Source of the DNA: Spirogloea muscicola
Taxonomy: Eukaryota
Assembly: GCA_009602725.1 (NCBI GenBank)
Contig: WELB01000028.1
Span: forward strand, 427,545-485,912
Direction of reading: 5' to 3'
Length of the DNA stretch: 58,368 bases
The notes beneath the pieces were generated by a model. That model was not told the DNA's origin. It made no database searches and worked only from the letters and a program-made list of their open reading frames with translations. Positions 38,066 to 48,565 of the stretch are shown here, piece by piece; position 1 is the first letter of the stretch; every line of letters begins with the position of its first letter. A program made the position numbers and the translations under genes.

Positions 38066-39568
38066 ATTTAATAATCGGCATCTCCTGGAGGCAGGATAAA
38101 CTCTAAACCCTGAAACCTCTCCTCCCTTGCCGCGCAGCAGACCACTTTTCCCGCTGAGTCATCTGTCCTTGCATGTTGCGGCCACCCCCTCAGACATCGT
38201 TTGTTCTTTTGGGCCTTGAGCAGAAGAGCATCTGCTCTCCTACTGCTGCTCAGCGGGCCCCACGGTCTAAGAATTCGATTGTAGAAGCTCCCTCCCTTCA
38301 CCCATCCTTGTACGCAATTGGCTGGCCTAAACGGCCGCTGCAGCAGGAGCAGCAGCAGCAGGAGCTCCGAGGGGCGAGGATGCCCTTGCTCGTTAGATTC
38401 CAACAAGTTGCATGCCTGAGGAACTCCGGAGTGCGACAATGTGCACAGCAACGCACCTGGATACCTGACGTACCTTCACGCACAGGAAGGTCTTTAGCTA
38501 ATTCACACTGGCCGGCTGCTTTGGCAATCGTTGAGCTCCAATCAGAGGCAGTGGCTGTGAGGGCCCTTAAAAGAACAAATTGATTGCAAACAGCAAGCTC
38601 AAGGGCATGAATGGGAAGTCTTAAACGAGAACGCACCACAAGATGAAAGCAGCCCAGCCAGTAAGCAGCAAAGGCTATCTCTTTCATGTCAGATACCGAG
38701 GGGGCGACCTCGTACACAAAGGCGATTAAGTATGCGGGCATCTGCGACCGGCGTCTTCTTCTGCTCATGCTGCTACTGGGTACTGATAATGAAAAGCAGT
38801 AGACTGCATCGACTTGTCTCAGGCTGCAGTCTTCAGAAGATGAGCTTGCAGTAGCCGCACACGTCTTTGCTGCTTGATGTGCTGTATCGACCACCTGTGC
38901 TGGTTTTCAATCACTCCTGAATAGTGCAACACCTTATGCTACTTGCAACTACTGCCCCTGTGGTAGAGCACTACTCTATGACGTTCCATATCGCTATCAA
39001 TACGTGGTGCTATGGCGAAGCTGTGTCTTGGACCCTAGCTCACCTGCTCCTCCTGGCCAACACGCGTTGAGCATTTGATTGTAGACAGTCTAGACAGGAA
39101 ACATAAGACTATGTCACTTGTGCACATCTTCCGCATGCTAACATGCCCTGCCAGCATTGCTGGCCTGTCCCTTCCACTTGCGGGCCGAGTCTGCATCAAC
39201 TACTGCATTGAGCTTGCACACGCCCATCAACTTGCCGCAGTCCTAGGACCACAGAGCTCGCGTAGACGCCTACTCGCCCCGGCTTCAAGTCTGCGAATGG
39301 CCTCCTTGAGTTGCACCGCCATGAAGAGAGAAGGTGCGCGGAGCGCCTGAAATTGAAAAAGGGAGGCCAATTCTAGCCTTACAAATGTCCTGTTTATTGG
39401 GTAATGAGCTGGCTAAGGGGGACACTAATATCCCCGAGTGAGCACATGCATATCTGACAAGCTATACTGAGGCCATGAAACAACGCCCATGTACTCCCTG
39501 TTGTAGCAGCCCCAGAAGCGGACGCAGGACGGGTCGGCAAGGCCCCCGTCGGCACGGCTCCCCTTGGC

Positions 39569-39815
39569 CATCTCTTTGCAGCGGTCCCTTGCGTTCGCGG
39601 TCAAATTGCGCGCAGGCCGCGCTTTGGCGGCAGCCTCCGGCGGCCGTCAGGGCGACATCTTTCCGCCTGCTAGCTATTCAGACTTGCATCTACTGACAAG
39701 AGGTTACTGAGAGTCCGCTTGATGCTGTCTCAGTCCTTAGCACTCCGGCTCCAGACCTTGTCCATTCCTTTGGGCTGGCCTCTCCCAGCCACCAGTTAAT
39801 CTGGCCGCGCTTGCT
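39569..39815 (+). mobile_element. 5'-truncated CRE-like element (subfamily C) with 10-bp TSD
   Basis: tccccttggc at 39559-39568 and 39816-39825; ORF end SYSDLHLLTRGY*. Confidence 0.8.
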
Positions 39816-40029
39816 TCCCCTTGGCTTCGTGGCACTCGCGGCGGCAGGTCCTGCCCCCCCCGTGCCCCAGCCCTCCCGACCCTCCTTTCCTCCCCCGCCA
39901 TCCCTCCTTTACAGCTGCTGCCTCCCACTCCCTCAGCAGCTCCAGAAGCGGACGCAGGTCGGGTCGACAAGGCCCCCATCGGCTCGGCTCCCTTCACTCC
40001 GTGGCACCCCCGGCCCTCCTTCCCCACCG

Positions 40030-40186
40030 GGAGAAATGCGCGCCCATAGAGAAGAGGAGCTGGCAAAGCCAGCCCAAAAAAAAATGGACAATGTCCAAAG
40101 CCAAAGAAAGAGGAGCCGGAGAAACTACAAAACACTGCAGAACACAGAAACGATGCAGAGGAAAGCTCAGTACCCACGAGTGAGCA
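40030..40186 (-). mobile_element. Inverted CRE-like 3' UTR (subfamily A)
   Basis: LTRGY* plus a UTR whose reverse complement matches 43255-43390. Confidence 0.7.
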
Positions 40187-40444
40187 CCCGGCCATTCCTC
40201 CTGCCACAGCTGCTGCCTACCGTTCCTCTTGTAGCTCCAGATGCGGACGCAGGACGGGTCAACACGGCCCCCGTCGGCACGGCTTATCCCCGCTCCGTGG
40301 CACCCCCAGCCCTCCTCCCCCCCCTGCCATCCCTCCTGCTGCAGCTGCTGCTTCCCACTCCTCTAGCAGCGCCAGAGGCAGACGCAGGACTGGTCGCTTA
40401 GGCCCCATCGGCAATTTTGGCCCTCCTTCCCACCCCCTCCATCC

Positions 40445-41016
40445 AGATGTGGTGACTGCAGATTGCGTCGACTCCGCCAACCCCGCAAAGTCGGCGACGC
40501 TCGCCGGGCACGCGGTCGATTTGGCGGCTCGGAGTAAGGAGCTCAATTTCGGTGACCACCCTCCAGGCGATGCCTTCGCGGCCCTGGCCATTGACGTTCA
40601 CGGGGCCTTTGGCAGCGGCTGGCTGGATCTCCTCCAGCGGCTTGCCCGGCGGGCCATCGAGTGGCAGCCGGGTTCGCCAAGCTTCAATGCTGCCGGCTCC
40701 CTCGCTCAGGTCTTTCGAATGAGACTGGCGGTCTCGCTCCAGCGCTCTCAGGCTCATGCGGTCCACACGCACGCTAGCTGCGCGATGGCTGCTGCCTCAG
40801 GGTCTCGGCAGAGTGCCGCTTTTCCTGCTTCGAGTTATTCTGATTTGCTGTTGCTTACTCGTGCTTACTGAGCATCCATCTGCATCATTTCGTGTCTTGG
40901 TGTGTAGTTTTGTCTTTCCTGGCACTGTTTTGTGGCCTTTTGAGGCCTGCGGACAACGTCCATTCTTTTCTGGGCTGGCTTTGCTAGCCCCTCTTTTTCT
41001 ATGGGCGAGCCCTTCT
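40445..41016 (+). mobile_element. 5'-truncated CRE-like element (subfamily A) with 19-bp TSD
   Basis: ORF DVVTAD..FAALAIDVHGAFG..RLAVSLQRSQA..SDLLLLTRAY*. cttcccaccccctccatcc at 40426-40444 and 41017-41035. Confidence 0.88.
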
Positions 41017-41629
41017 CTTCCCACCCCCTCCATCCTTCCTGCCACTGCTGCTGCCTCCCACTCCTCTAGCAGCTCCAGAAGTGGACGCAGGACGGGCCAA
41101 CAAGGCCCCCAGCGGCACTTCCGGCCCTCCTATCCCCCTCCCTTATCCCTCCTGCCACTGCTGCTGCCCCACTCCTCTAGCAGCTCTAGCAGCGGACGCA
41201 GGACAGGTCGATAAGGCCCCCATTGACACTTCCAGCCCTCTTTTCCCCCCTCGCCATCCCTCCTGCCACTGCTGTTGCCCCACTCCTCTAGCAGCTCCAG
41301 AAACAGACACAGGACAGGTCGACAATGCCCTCATCGGCACTTCGGCCACTTCCTTCCCATCCCCGCCATCCCTCCTGCCACTGCTGCTGCTCCAACCGGA
41401 GGAACAGTGGCCAGGCCCAACAGGGAAAGGGATTTCTTGTATTTGAAACAATCGAAGGCCACTATGGCCACCAGTAGCTGCTTCGTTTCTTCGTAGCTAC
41501 TATGGCCAAGTACACAGGCAAAGCACATCAAATGACGTAGCCGCTAGCAACTAGCAGCTACTGGAGCTGCTGGAGAAGTAGGGCGGCAGCAGTGGCAGGC
41601 GAAGGAATGGGAGGGGAAAGGAGGGCCGG

Positions 41630-42019
41630 CAGAGCCCCTGGGGGCACGCGGTCGGCCAGGCGGCCCGGGGCAAGGAGCGAAAATATGCTGATCACCCGGT
41701 GGGGGATGAGTTCGCGGCCCTGGCGATGGATGTACACGGGGCTTTCGGCAGCCGCTGGCTGGATCTCATTCAGCGGCTTGCCCGCCAGGCCATTGACCGG
41801 CGGCCGGGTCTGCAAGGGGCGATGCCCGGCTTCAACGCCGCCGGGTCGCTCGCACAAGTCTTCCGCATGCGCCTGGCCGTATCGCTTCAACGCTCCCTTG
41901 CCCACGCCGTCCACACGCGAGCAGGCCGTGCTATGGCTGGGCGGAGTGCCTCTTTCCCTGCAGCGAGCTACTCAGACCTGATGTTGCTCACTCGTGGGTA
42001 CTGAGCATCCCTCTGCATC
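41630..42019 (+). mobile_element. CRE-like element (subfamily A); its 3' UTR continues at about 43257-43390 after a nested insertion
   Basis: ORF 41699-42004 GDEFAALAMDVHGAFG..SDLMLLTRGY*. Confidence 0.8.
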
Positions 42020-43256
42020 CATGATGGGCGGCCCATGCTGCAGCAGGCTGTGGTGGAGGTGGCGACCGGCTTGCTGCCTTTTCAGGTGGCGCTCCGCTCA
42101 GCTCAAGACGAGCTACTTGCGGAGCACCCTGCCCTCGCCGAGAGCGTGGTCCCGTTTGCCCATCTTGCCCACTCCCCCGACTCGCAAGCGCAGGCGCGGT
42201 ACATGGCGGCAGTTGACAAGGCCTCCTTCACGGCCACGCTGCAGCTCCTCCCTCCCACAGACGTGCGAGGCCATGCTCGGCTGCTGTCGGCCGCCTCCCC
42301 TGGCGCGGCAGCCTGGCTGTCCGCGCTCCCCCTGTACGACGCCCTCAGGATGCCGGACGAACTCTTCCGTACGGCCACCCATCGCCTGTTGGGTCTTCCC
42401 CCGCCCTGTCTGCTTGGCGTGCTGCAGTGTGAGTGTGGGGAGCGGTCGACGGACCCGGCGGAGCTAGCGGCGCATATCCTTCGCTGCGCCACTGGCGGCG
42501 AGCGCACAGCCGCTCACGACCTCCTCCGCGACGGTATGTTCGGCATCTTTCAGGAGGCCGGATACACAGTTGCGATGGAGAATACTTCTGTCATGCCCAT
42601 CCTCCAGAGGGCCGACGGACTCCACACGCGCCGCGTCGACCTGGTGGCGTCCACGACGGGCGGTGGCGGGCGCATCATTGCCGATGTGGTCACCACTGAT
42701 GTGGTCGACCGCTCCAACCCGGGGCTTTCTGCCTCGCGGGCTGGCCACGCTGCGGCAAAGGCCGCTCGCAGCAAGGCGGCCAAACACGCCGACCACCCGG
42801 CTGCCGACGAGTTCGTCCCCCTGGCTGTGGACGTGCATGGGGCTCTCGGATCCCACTGGCTCGACCTGTTGGCCAGGCTTGCACGGCGCGCTGTGTCCCG
42901 CAGGCGCGGTGAGCCGGCTGACTTCAACGCCGCTGGCTCGTGGGCTCAGGTGTATCGTATGCGCTTGTCCGTCTCCCTCCAGCGGTCCATGGCCCACGCC
43001 TTGCATCTGCGTGCTGGCCGTGCTCTCGCTGCGGCCTCCGGCTTTCGTCAGGGGGATAGTTTACCGGCAGCTAGTCTGTCGGATGTGAGGCTCCTCACTC
43101 GTAACTACTAAGTGGTCCATCCTCCCCCATTCTGCCATAGCCTCTTCAGGCCCCGCAGTCGCTGCTTAGCTCGTAGTTTGGCCCCTTCGAACCTTGTCAA
43201 TTCTTTTCGGGCTGGCTTCTCACAGCCCTTGCCCCCATTGGGAGAGCCACTTCTTC
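42020..43256 (+). mobile_element. 5'-truncated CRE-like non-LTR retrotransposon (subfamily B); open 358-aa ORF 42035-43111 with zinc knuckle and restriction-like endonuclease, no RT
   Basis: ARLLS..GAAAWLSALP..FRTATHRLLGLP, CECG..HILRC (zinc knuckle), ERTAAHD, E, RRVDL, ADV, SKAAKH, FVPLAVDVHGALG and RLSVSLQRSMA follow the CRE-clade RLE layout. Confidence 0.9.
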
Positions 43257-43454
43257 TGCATCGTCTATGTGTTCTGCATATTTTGTAGTGTAGTCCTTTT
43301 TCCGGCTCCTCTTTCTTTGGCTTTGGACATTGTCCATTCTTTTTTGGGCTGGCTTTGCCAGCCCCTTTTCTCTGGGGCGCGCACTTCTTTTGAGGGCCTA
43401 TCCAGCGTCCGCTTCTGGAGCTGCTAGAGGATTGAGGCAGTTTCAGTGGCAGGA

Positions 43455-43594
43455 GAGAAGTGGCAAGTCCCACTGGGGGCAAGGGCTGTGAAAACCCAGC
43501 CCGAAAAGAATTGCCAGAGGTTCGAAGGGGCCAAATGACGGAGGGGCCTAAAAAGCGCTGATCAGCTACGAAGGGGCCTGAAGATGCTGTCAGA
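43455..43594 (-). mobile_element. CRE-like subfamily B 3' UTR tail joined downstream of the 5S sequence
   Basis: Reverse complement aligns with 366-495 and 43130-43255. Confidence 0.85.
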
Positions 43595-43624
43595 CAGGAT
43601 TGCAATTCTTTTTTAAACGTTATT

Positions 43625-43740
43625 GATACGACATAAGGACTTCCCGGGAGGTCACCCATCCCAGTACTATTCTCGCCCAAAGGAGCTTAACTTCAGAGTT
43701 CTGATGGGATCCGGTGTAGTGGCCCTGGTATGATCGTATC
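43625..43740 (-). rRNA. Full-length 5S rRNA sequence (solitary copy, possibly part of a retroposed cassette)
   Basis: Minus strand reads gatacgatcataccagggccactacaccggatcccatcagaactctgaagttaagctcctttgggcgagaatagtactgggatgggtgacctcccgggaagtccttatgtcgtatc. Box A, box C and a fully paired helix I are present. Confidence 0.95.
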
Positions 43741-44249
43741 GCGGCGGAAAATGGAAAAGGAGGGGATATAACCGACGCAAATGCCGATCGGGGCATTGCC
43801 GACCTGTCCTGCTGGAGCTGCTGCATGAGGAGTGGGGCAGCAGTGGCAGGGAGGGATGGCATGGGTTTCCAGGGCCGGAAGTGCCGATGCCTTGTCGACC
43901 TGGCCTGCGTCCATTGCAGGAGCTGCTGTAGGAGTGGATGAAATGGCTCAGCTTGGCCTCACCTCATTCATGCTCACCGCGCGCCCTCCGTGCTTGGCGA
44001 GGAGCTCCTAGATTGCCAGGGTGTCAGCTGGTGATGCTATCAGTAATCCAATGGAAGTCATGAAATCAAAGAAATTTCTGAGGGGAAAAAGAAACAGCTC
44101 TGTCCATTCTTTTGGGGCTGGCTTAGATCAAGGCAGTGGGAGGCGGACCCGACAAAATTGAAGAAGGTCTGAAGGTCGAAAAGTCTGCAGCCCGGCGAGC
44201 GGGACGATTAGGCACACAAAACTCGTCGAGCCCGAGGCGGCAGCTGCGC

Positions 44250-44500
44250 GTGACGCGTGGTACCGACGTGGCGCCATCACGGCGCAGCCAGCTGGCGCAC
44301 CGACGCCAACATGCCACGTGTCCGTAAAGAGCGATCTGACTGGCCGCGGCGGCAAGTGGATCTAAATATCCAATACTCGGAGTCCGCGTGGTCACAGCCT
44401 CCTCTGCGAGTGGCGAGCGCGGCTCCACCGCGCCATTGAAGCAGCCCTGCCGCAGGCGACCGAAGAGGACCGCGCGTCCCGCTATCCCGACGTGGCGGCG
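44250..44500 (+). promoter_or_regulatory. Cluster of ABRE, CE3-like and DRE/CRT motifs upstream of the LEA-like gene
   Basis: ACGCGTGG 44253, ACCGAC 44262 and 44299, ACGTGGC 44266 and 44490, GCCACGTGTC 44313. Confidence 0.5.
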
Positions 44501-44652
44501 GCCTCCTCCCCGCCGCTTCATCCGTAAGGCTCCGCCGTCCGCATTCACAAACCCCGGCTCAATTCTCGCCTCCCTCAATCCTTCTCCCTCCAGCGCCGCT
44601 CTCCCCGCCGCCTCCGCCGCCGCCCCCGCCGCCGCCACGCCCGCCATCCGCC

Positions 44653-46280
44653 ATGGCGGCCCTCTCCGCCGCCAGCCTCGTCGCCGCCCCCGCGGCGGCC
44701 TCCTCGTTCCTCTCCGGCAACCAGAAGGTACTTCACCGACCCTTTGCCCGCTTGTGCCTCTCCCCTTTGGCTCCAGGGGCCCCCAGTGCGAGCACGCCTC
44801 CATTACATGATGCAGTGCGGCCATTTCAGAAGAAAAGGCCTCGAGGGGCAAGGCTCTCAGGTTGGATGTCATATATCGTCAAGCACAATTCGTGAACACT
44901 GGCTCTGTTAGTTAGAGCATTGTGGAAGTTGCGCAATGAGAAACCAGTTTAACGAACTAGTGTGACACAAATTTAACATGTGTTGCTGCAGACTCTCCGC
45001 GTGAGGCAAGTGAAGCCGCAGGTGGGACCGCTCAGGACGTTTGTCCCCATTCGTGCTGAAGTGAGGACAGGAAGTGACCCGGTAAGTAGTCAAGTTCAAT
45101 GACTTTGACGAATTTAAGTATTGGCTGTCAGCTTCAAAGAGCTTCCGAGTTGTGGGAGACGTTGTGCTTGTAGGTCACATTCTATGTAATGTCTCTGATG
45201 CATATCGTCTGTGCAACAATTGCAGGGCGGCATTGGAGATAAGTTGAAGAATGCTGCTGAGAAGGTGGCCGAGACTGTGGATGATGCAACTTCTGGACTG
45301 AAGGACGCCCTTTCCGACGCCCGTGGCACAATTAGGGAGTGAGTTATCGCAACTACATACCTCCTTTCGGTCCAGCTGAGAATTGGGTCCTGCTCACTCC
45401 TCCTCAAGAGTGGCTGCATTGGTTGCTTGTCACTGGGACAGGTCGAGATTGGTAAGACTCCCCAGTTCCAACTTTGGCTAACTGTATTAAGTGGGACCAC
45501 GAGCTGAAAGCTACCTGTAAGATAATGTGGTGACCAAACGAGCTGACTTAGGTGGTGCGGCCATGTCGGTGATCCTCAGTGAGGGGACTGGAAAGCCTAG
45601 GAATCAGATAACAGCCGCATTAGGTGATGCGGCCAAGGCGGCGATCATTGGCAAGGCAACTCAAGAAATCCGCAAACGCATAGGAGCTGAAGTAGGTGGT
45701 GCAGCCATGTCGGAGGTTGTGAAACGGGCAAGTGGAGCGATTGGAAATCGCTTAAAATCTGAAGTAGGTGGGACAAGTGGAGCAGTTGTGGACCGCTTGA
45801 AATCTGAAGTGGGTGATGCAATAATGTCGGTGATTAACAGTGAGGCAACTGGGAAGATCAGCGATCGTGTCTCTGGTGGCAAGGGTGAGGTTCGTGAGGT
45901 GACCATCGGGAGCAAGGAGAAGGACCCTAGCAGTTTGGCTGCTAATCTGGCAGTAAGTCGACTGGCCAGACTGTAGTTGCTCCTGTAATACACCGTATGT
46001 TGCACCTGTAACAGACTTGCGAATCTTTGTTGCCAATTGGTCAGACTGAGTATGCTTATACGGTTGAGCATACTAACTATGGTTTGCCATTGACTTGTCA
46101 TGACTTGTCACTTGTGCTGTGCAGCAACAAGTTCAAGGAGCTGTAGAGAGTGTTACCGACAAGTTGACAGGTGCAGAGAATGCAACCCGGGGCTTTGATG
46201 ACCCTAACCAAAAGGGTGCCTTCACAACCCCCAACAGGGAAGCCAAGAAGCAAGCATGGGGTGACAAGCAGGCTCCTTAA
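44653..46280 (+). CDS. Putative plastid-targeted LEA-like hydrophilic protein; exons 44653-44727, 44992-45081, 45226-45338, about 45580-45953, 46125-46280
   Basis: Ala/Ser-rich N-terminus MAALSAASLVAAP..FVPIRA (transit-peptide-like). Then GIGDKLKNAAEKVAETVDDATSGLKDA and VQGAVESVTDKLTG. GT-AG borders; exon 4 acceptor uncertain. Confidence 0.65.
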
Positions 46281-47189
46281 GCTTGTATACCTAGTGAATG
46301 TGAGTGGCATTACCTGCCCAGCTTTTGACATTTCTCAGGAGATTTTGTAAACTGTACATTATCAAGCCCTTCAGGACGGCTTGAGCAGAAGGCCAATCAG
46401 TCTCGATTGGCTGGCTCTGGCACTTTGGATTTTGATCATTTGATTTTCTATATGAAGTATTGATGTGCTTTAACTTAGAAAAGCTGGATCTCGATCTTGC
46501 AAATGTTGGAACATACCACGTACTTACCGTAAAGTTTCTTACCAGTAAATATATGTGAGCGCTTTAAAACATGCAGTGTAGGAGGTTATGAACCTGCACA
46601 GATATGTTGAATGTCCAAGACTTGGGCATATTCTTGAGGTGGAATGATTGTTTGTAAATATTGATGTGAAGTGGCAATAATTGTTGCTGCCACTGCGTTT
46701 CACTGTTAGGAAGAGCAGAGCTGTAATAGACCATAACCACTTGAGTGTAGCAGGTCAAGTTCTGCCCTACTACACTCAGGTGGGTTTGATGGAGCACATT
46801 GGTAAACAATCTAGATAAGCTTGTTCAGATCTTTGCATTGCAATGAAGTAGCCAAAAGTTTTTCAAAACTGAGCAACCGCCATGAATAAGCCAGCCAGCT
46901 ACTCACTCGGTCTAGTAACTACACCTGCAGCTAAGATAGGTGCTGAGAAGGTGCATGTGAAACATGACATGTTCTCATTTTCGTTCTCAGCATGTTAGTA
47001 GCAACAATACTGACATCTGTAGTACTTGGATATTTGTGTATTGAAGTGTGACTTTGACATACTAAACAGTGACAAACGCTCCTTGATTATCAGCAACACC
47101 ATCAATGGCAGGTTAATCTTATGAAACCTGTGGATCATGAGGTTACAATTATGCGAAATGCATAAAATGTGAGATCTACGAAGGGGGGA

Positions 47190-47930
47190 GGGCTGCAAAA
47201 GGCCAGCCAGAAAAGAATAGACAATGTCTGAAGGTCTTAGCAAGCAATACATCACACAGCACCACGAAGGATGCAAGCACCACGAAGGGGGATCGCTCAG
47301 TAAACCACAGTTAGCAGCCGTAATTCAACATATAAGCGGCAGCCGGAAGAGGTAGCTTCCAAATAGCAGCTTGAGGTCTGCAAAAGGTCATAAAAAAATG
47401 AAAAAGGTCCGAAGGAGACAGAACCAGTCTTCCTGCTGATAGCCAGAGGCGGCAGCAAGCTGCAGCTAACTGCTAGCTGGTCTACAGGCTGACGCCTCCA
47501 GAAGCGAACGGGACAGTCGCATGCGATACACCTGGGCTAGCGAGCAAGCGGCACATGTCATCTACTCGCCGTGCCGCCATCAGAACACCGTGCAGCGCGC
47601 AAACGGGTTCAAAGGGGCCAGTCACTGAAATCTGGACGCCCGTGGACGTCGATGTTCACTGGAGCGAGCTCGTCTCCTTCAATGGTCTGTGTACTAAAGC
47701 CTCCTGGCCACCGGCGGCTATGGCTGCTACTTGCAAGCTTTTGAGGCCGAGGGTCCCTGATTTGGAGCAGTCAGCCACATCTGCACATCTGCCACATCTG
47801 CGATATTGCGTTGGCCCCCGCCTAACGTGGTAGCCACCACGGCGACCCTCCGTGTATGTGGTCCGTCAGTCCTGCTCTGGATGGGCATGATGGACGTACT
47901 CTCATTGGTCACATTATACCCCGCCTCCAG
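47190..47930 (-). mobile_element. Degenerate CRE-like fragment with tail
   Basis: EAGYNVTNESTSIMPIQSRTDGPHTRRVAVV..IADV matches the 42035 ORF. Tail stem-loop at about 47190-47235. Confidence 0.7.
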
Positions 47931-48477
47931 GCGTGCAGCAATCTGTTGATAAGCTAAACTAATACTAAAGCTTGGAGATTACAACTGAATAGTCAGGACA
48001 CAATTGGGGTAAGCCTATTTACAAATCAATCTGCGGCAAACGTTGTAAACGCCTTCGCTGGGAGTAGTTCAGCGTTTTCTGGCCCCTTCAGAATTGGTTT
48101 AAGTTTCCATTACTATTCTTTCTGTGTTTCGTCTGGGTGACTCTTTTCCAGCTGCAAGTTACTGACTCGGGATGAATAAGCTTCAATATGCTATTGTCAC
48201 TTGCATAGCTGTGTGCGTTTGGCGCCTTTCAGCCCTTCGGACCTTGTCCATTTTCTGGGCAATGCCGCCCTCGTGATTTATACCTTTGCAGAGTCACAGT
48301 CTGTACACAGCATCTGCACCTGAGTGTGCGACAAATTGTATTGTGTTCGAAGATTGATAAAGTGATGCCAGAATAGGTGTGACGGCTGAGAGAGATAGAG
48401 CCCTGATATAGTGACACTGATTGACATCATCAATAGCAGCGGCAGTGGCCTGCCTGACCTTGTTCATTCCTTCGGGC

Positions 48478-48565
48478 TCACGCAGTCCACACGGGCACCG
48501 GCCGCGCTATGGCTGCTGCCTCAGGGTCTCGGCTGAGTGCTTCTTTCCCAGCTTCGAGTTATTCG
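48478..48565 (+). mobile_element. Short CRE-like subfamily A fragment
   Basis: Similar to 40750-40840. Stops at cttcgagttattc. Confidence 0.6.

Larger units (their letters stand above)
39490..41400 (+). repeat. Tandem repeat with a unit of about 111 bp, interrupted by three retroelement insertions
   Basis: Core ctcctctagcagctccagaagcggacgcaggacgggtcgacaaggcccccatcggcac. ctcctctagc at 41061, 41172 and 41283 gives a period of 111. Further units near 39500, 39930, 40225 and 40358. Confidence 0.85.
43395..43940 (-). repeat. Inverted units of the 111-bp repeat hosting the 5S-plus-tail cassette
   Basis: ggagctgct (reverse complement of the unit core) at 43417, 43814 and 43919. Confidence 0.75.

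Noticed and set aside
38955..39030. tggtagagca resembling a tRNA A box
   Set aside because: No B box and no cloverleaf.
39490..41400. Repeat array as a CRISPR-like locus
   Set aside because: Eukaryotic context, units similar along their whole length, no unique spacers and no cas genes.
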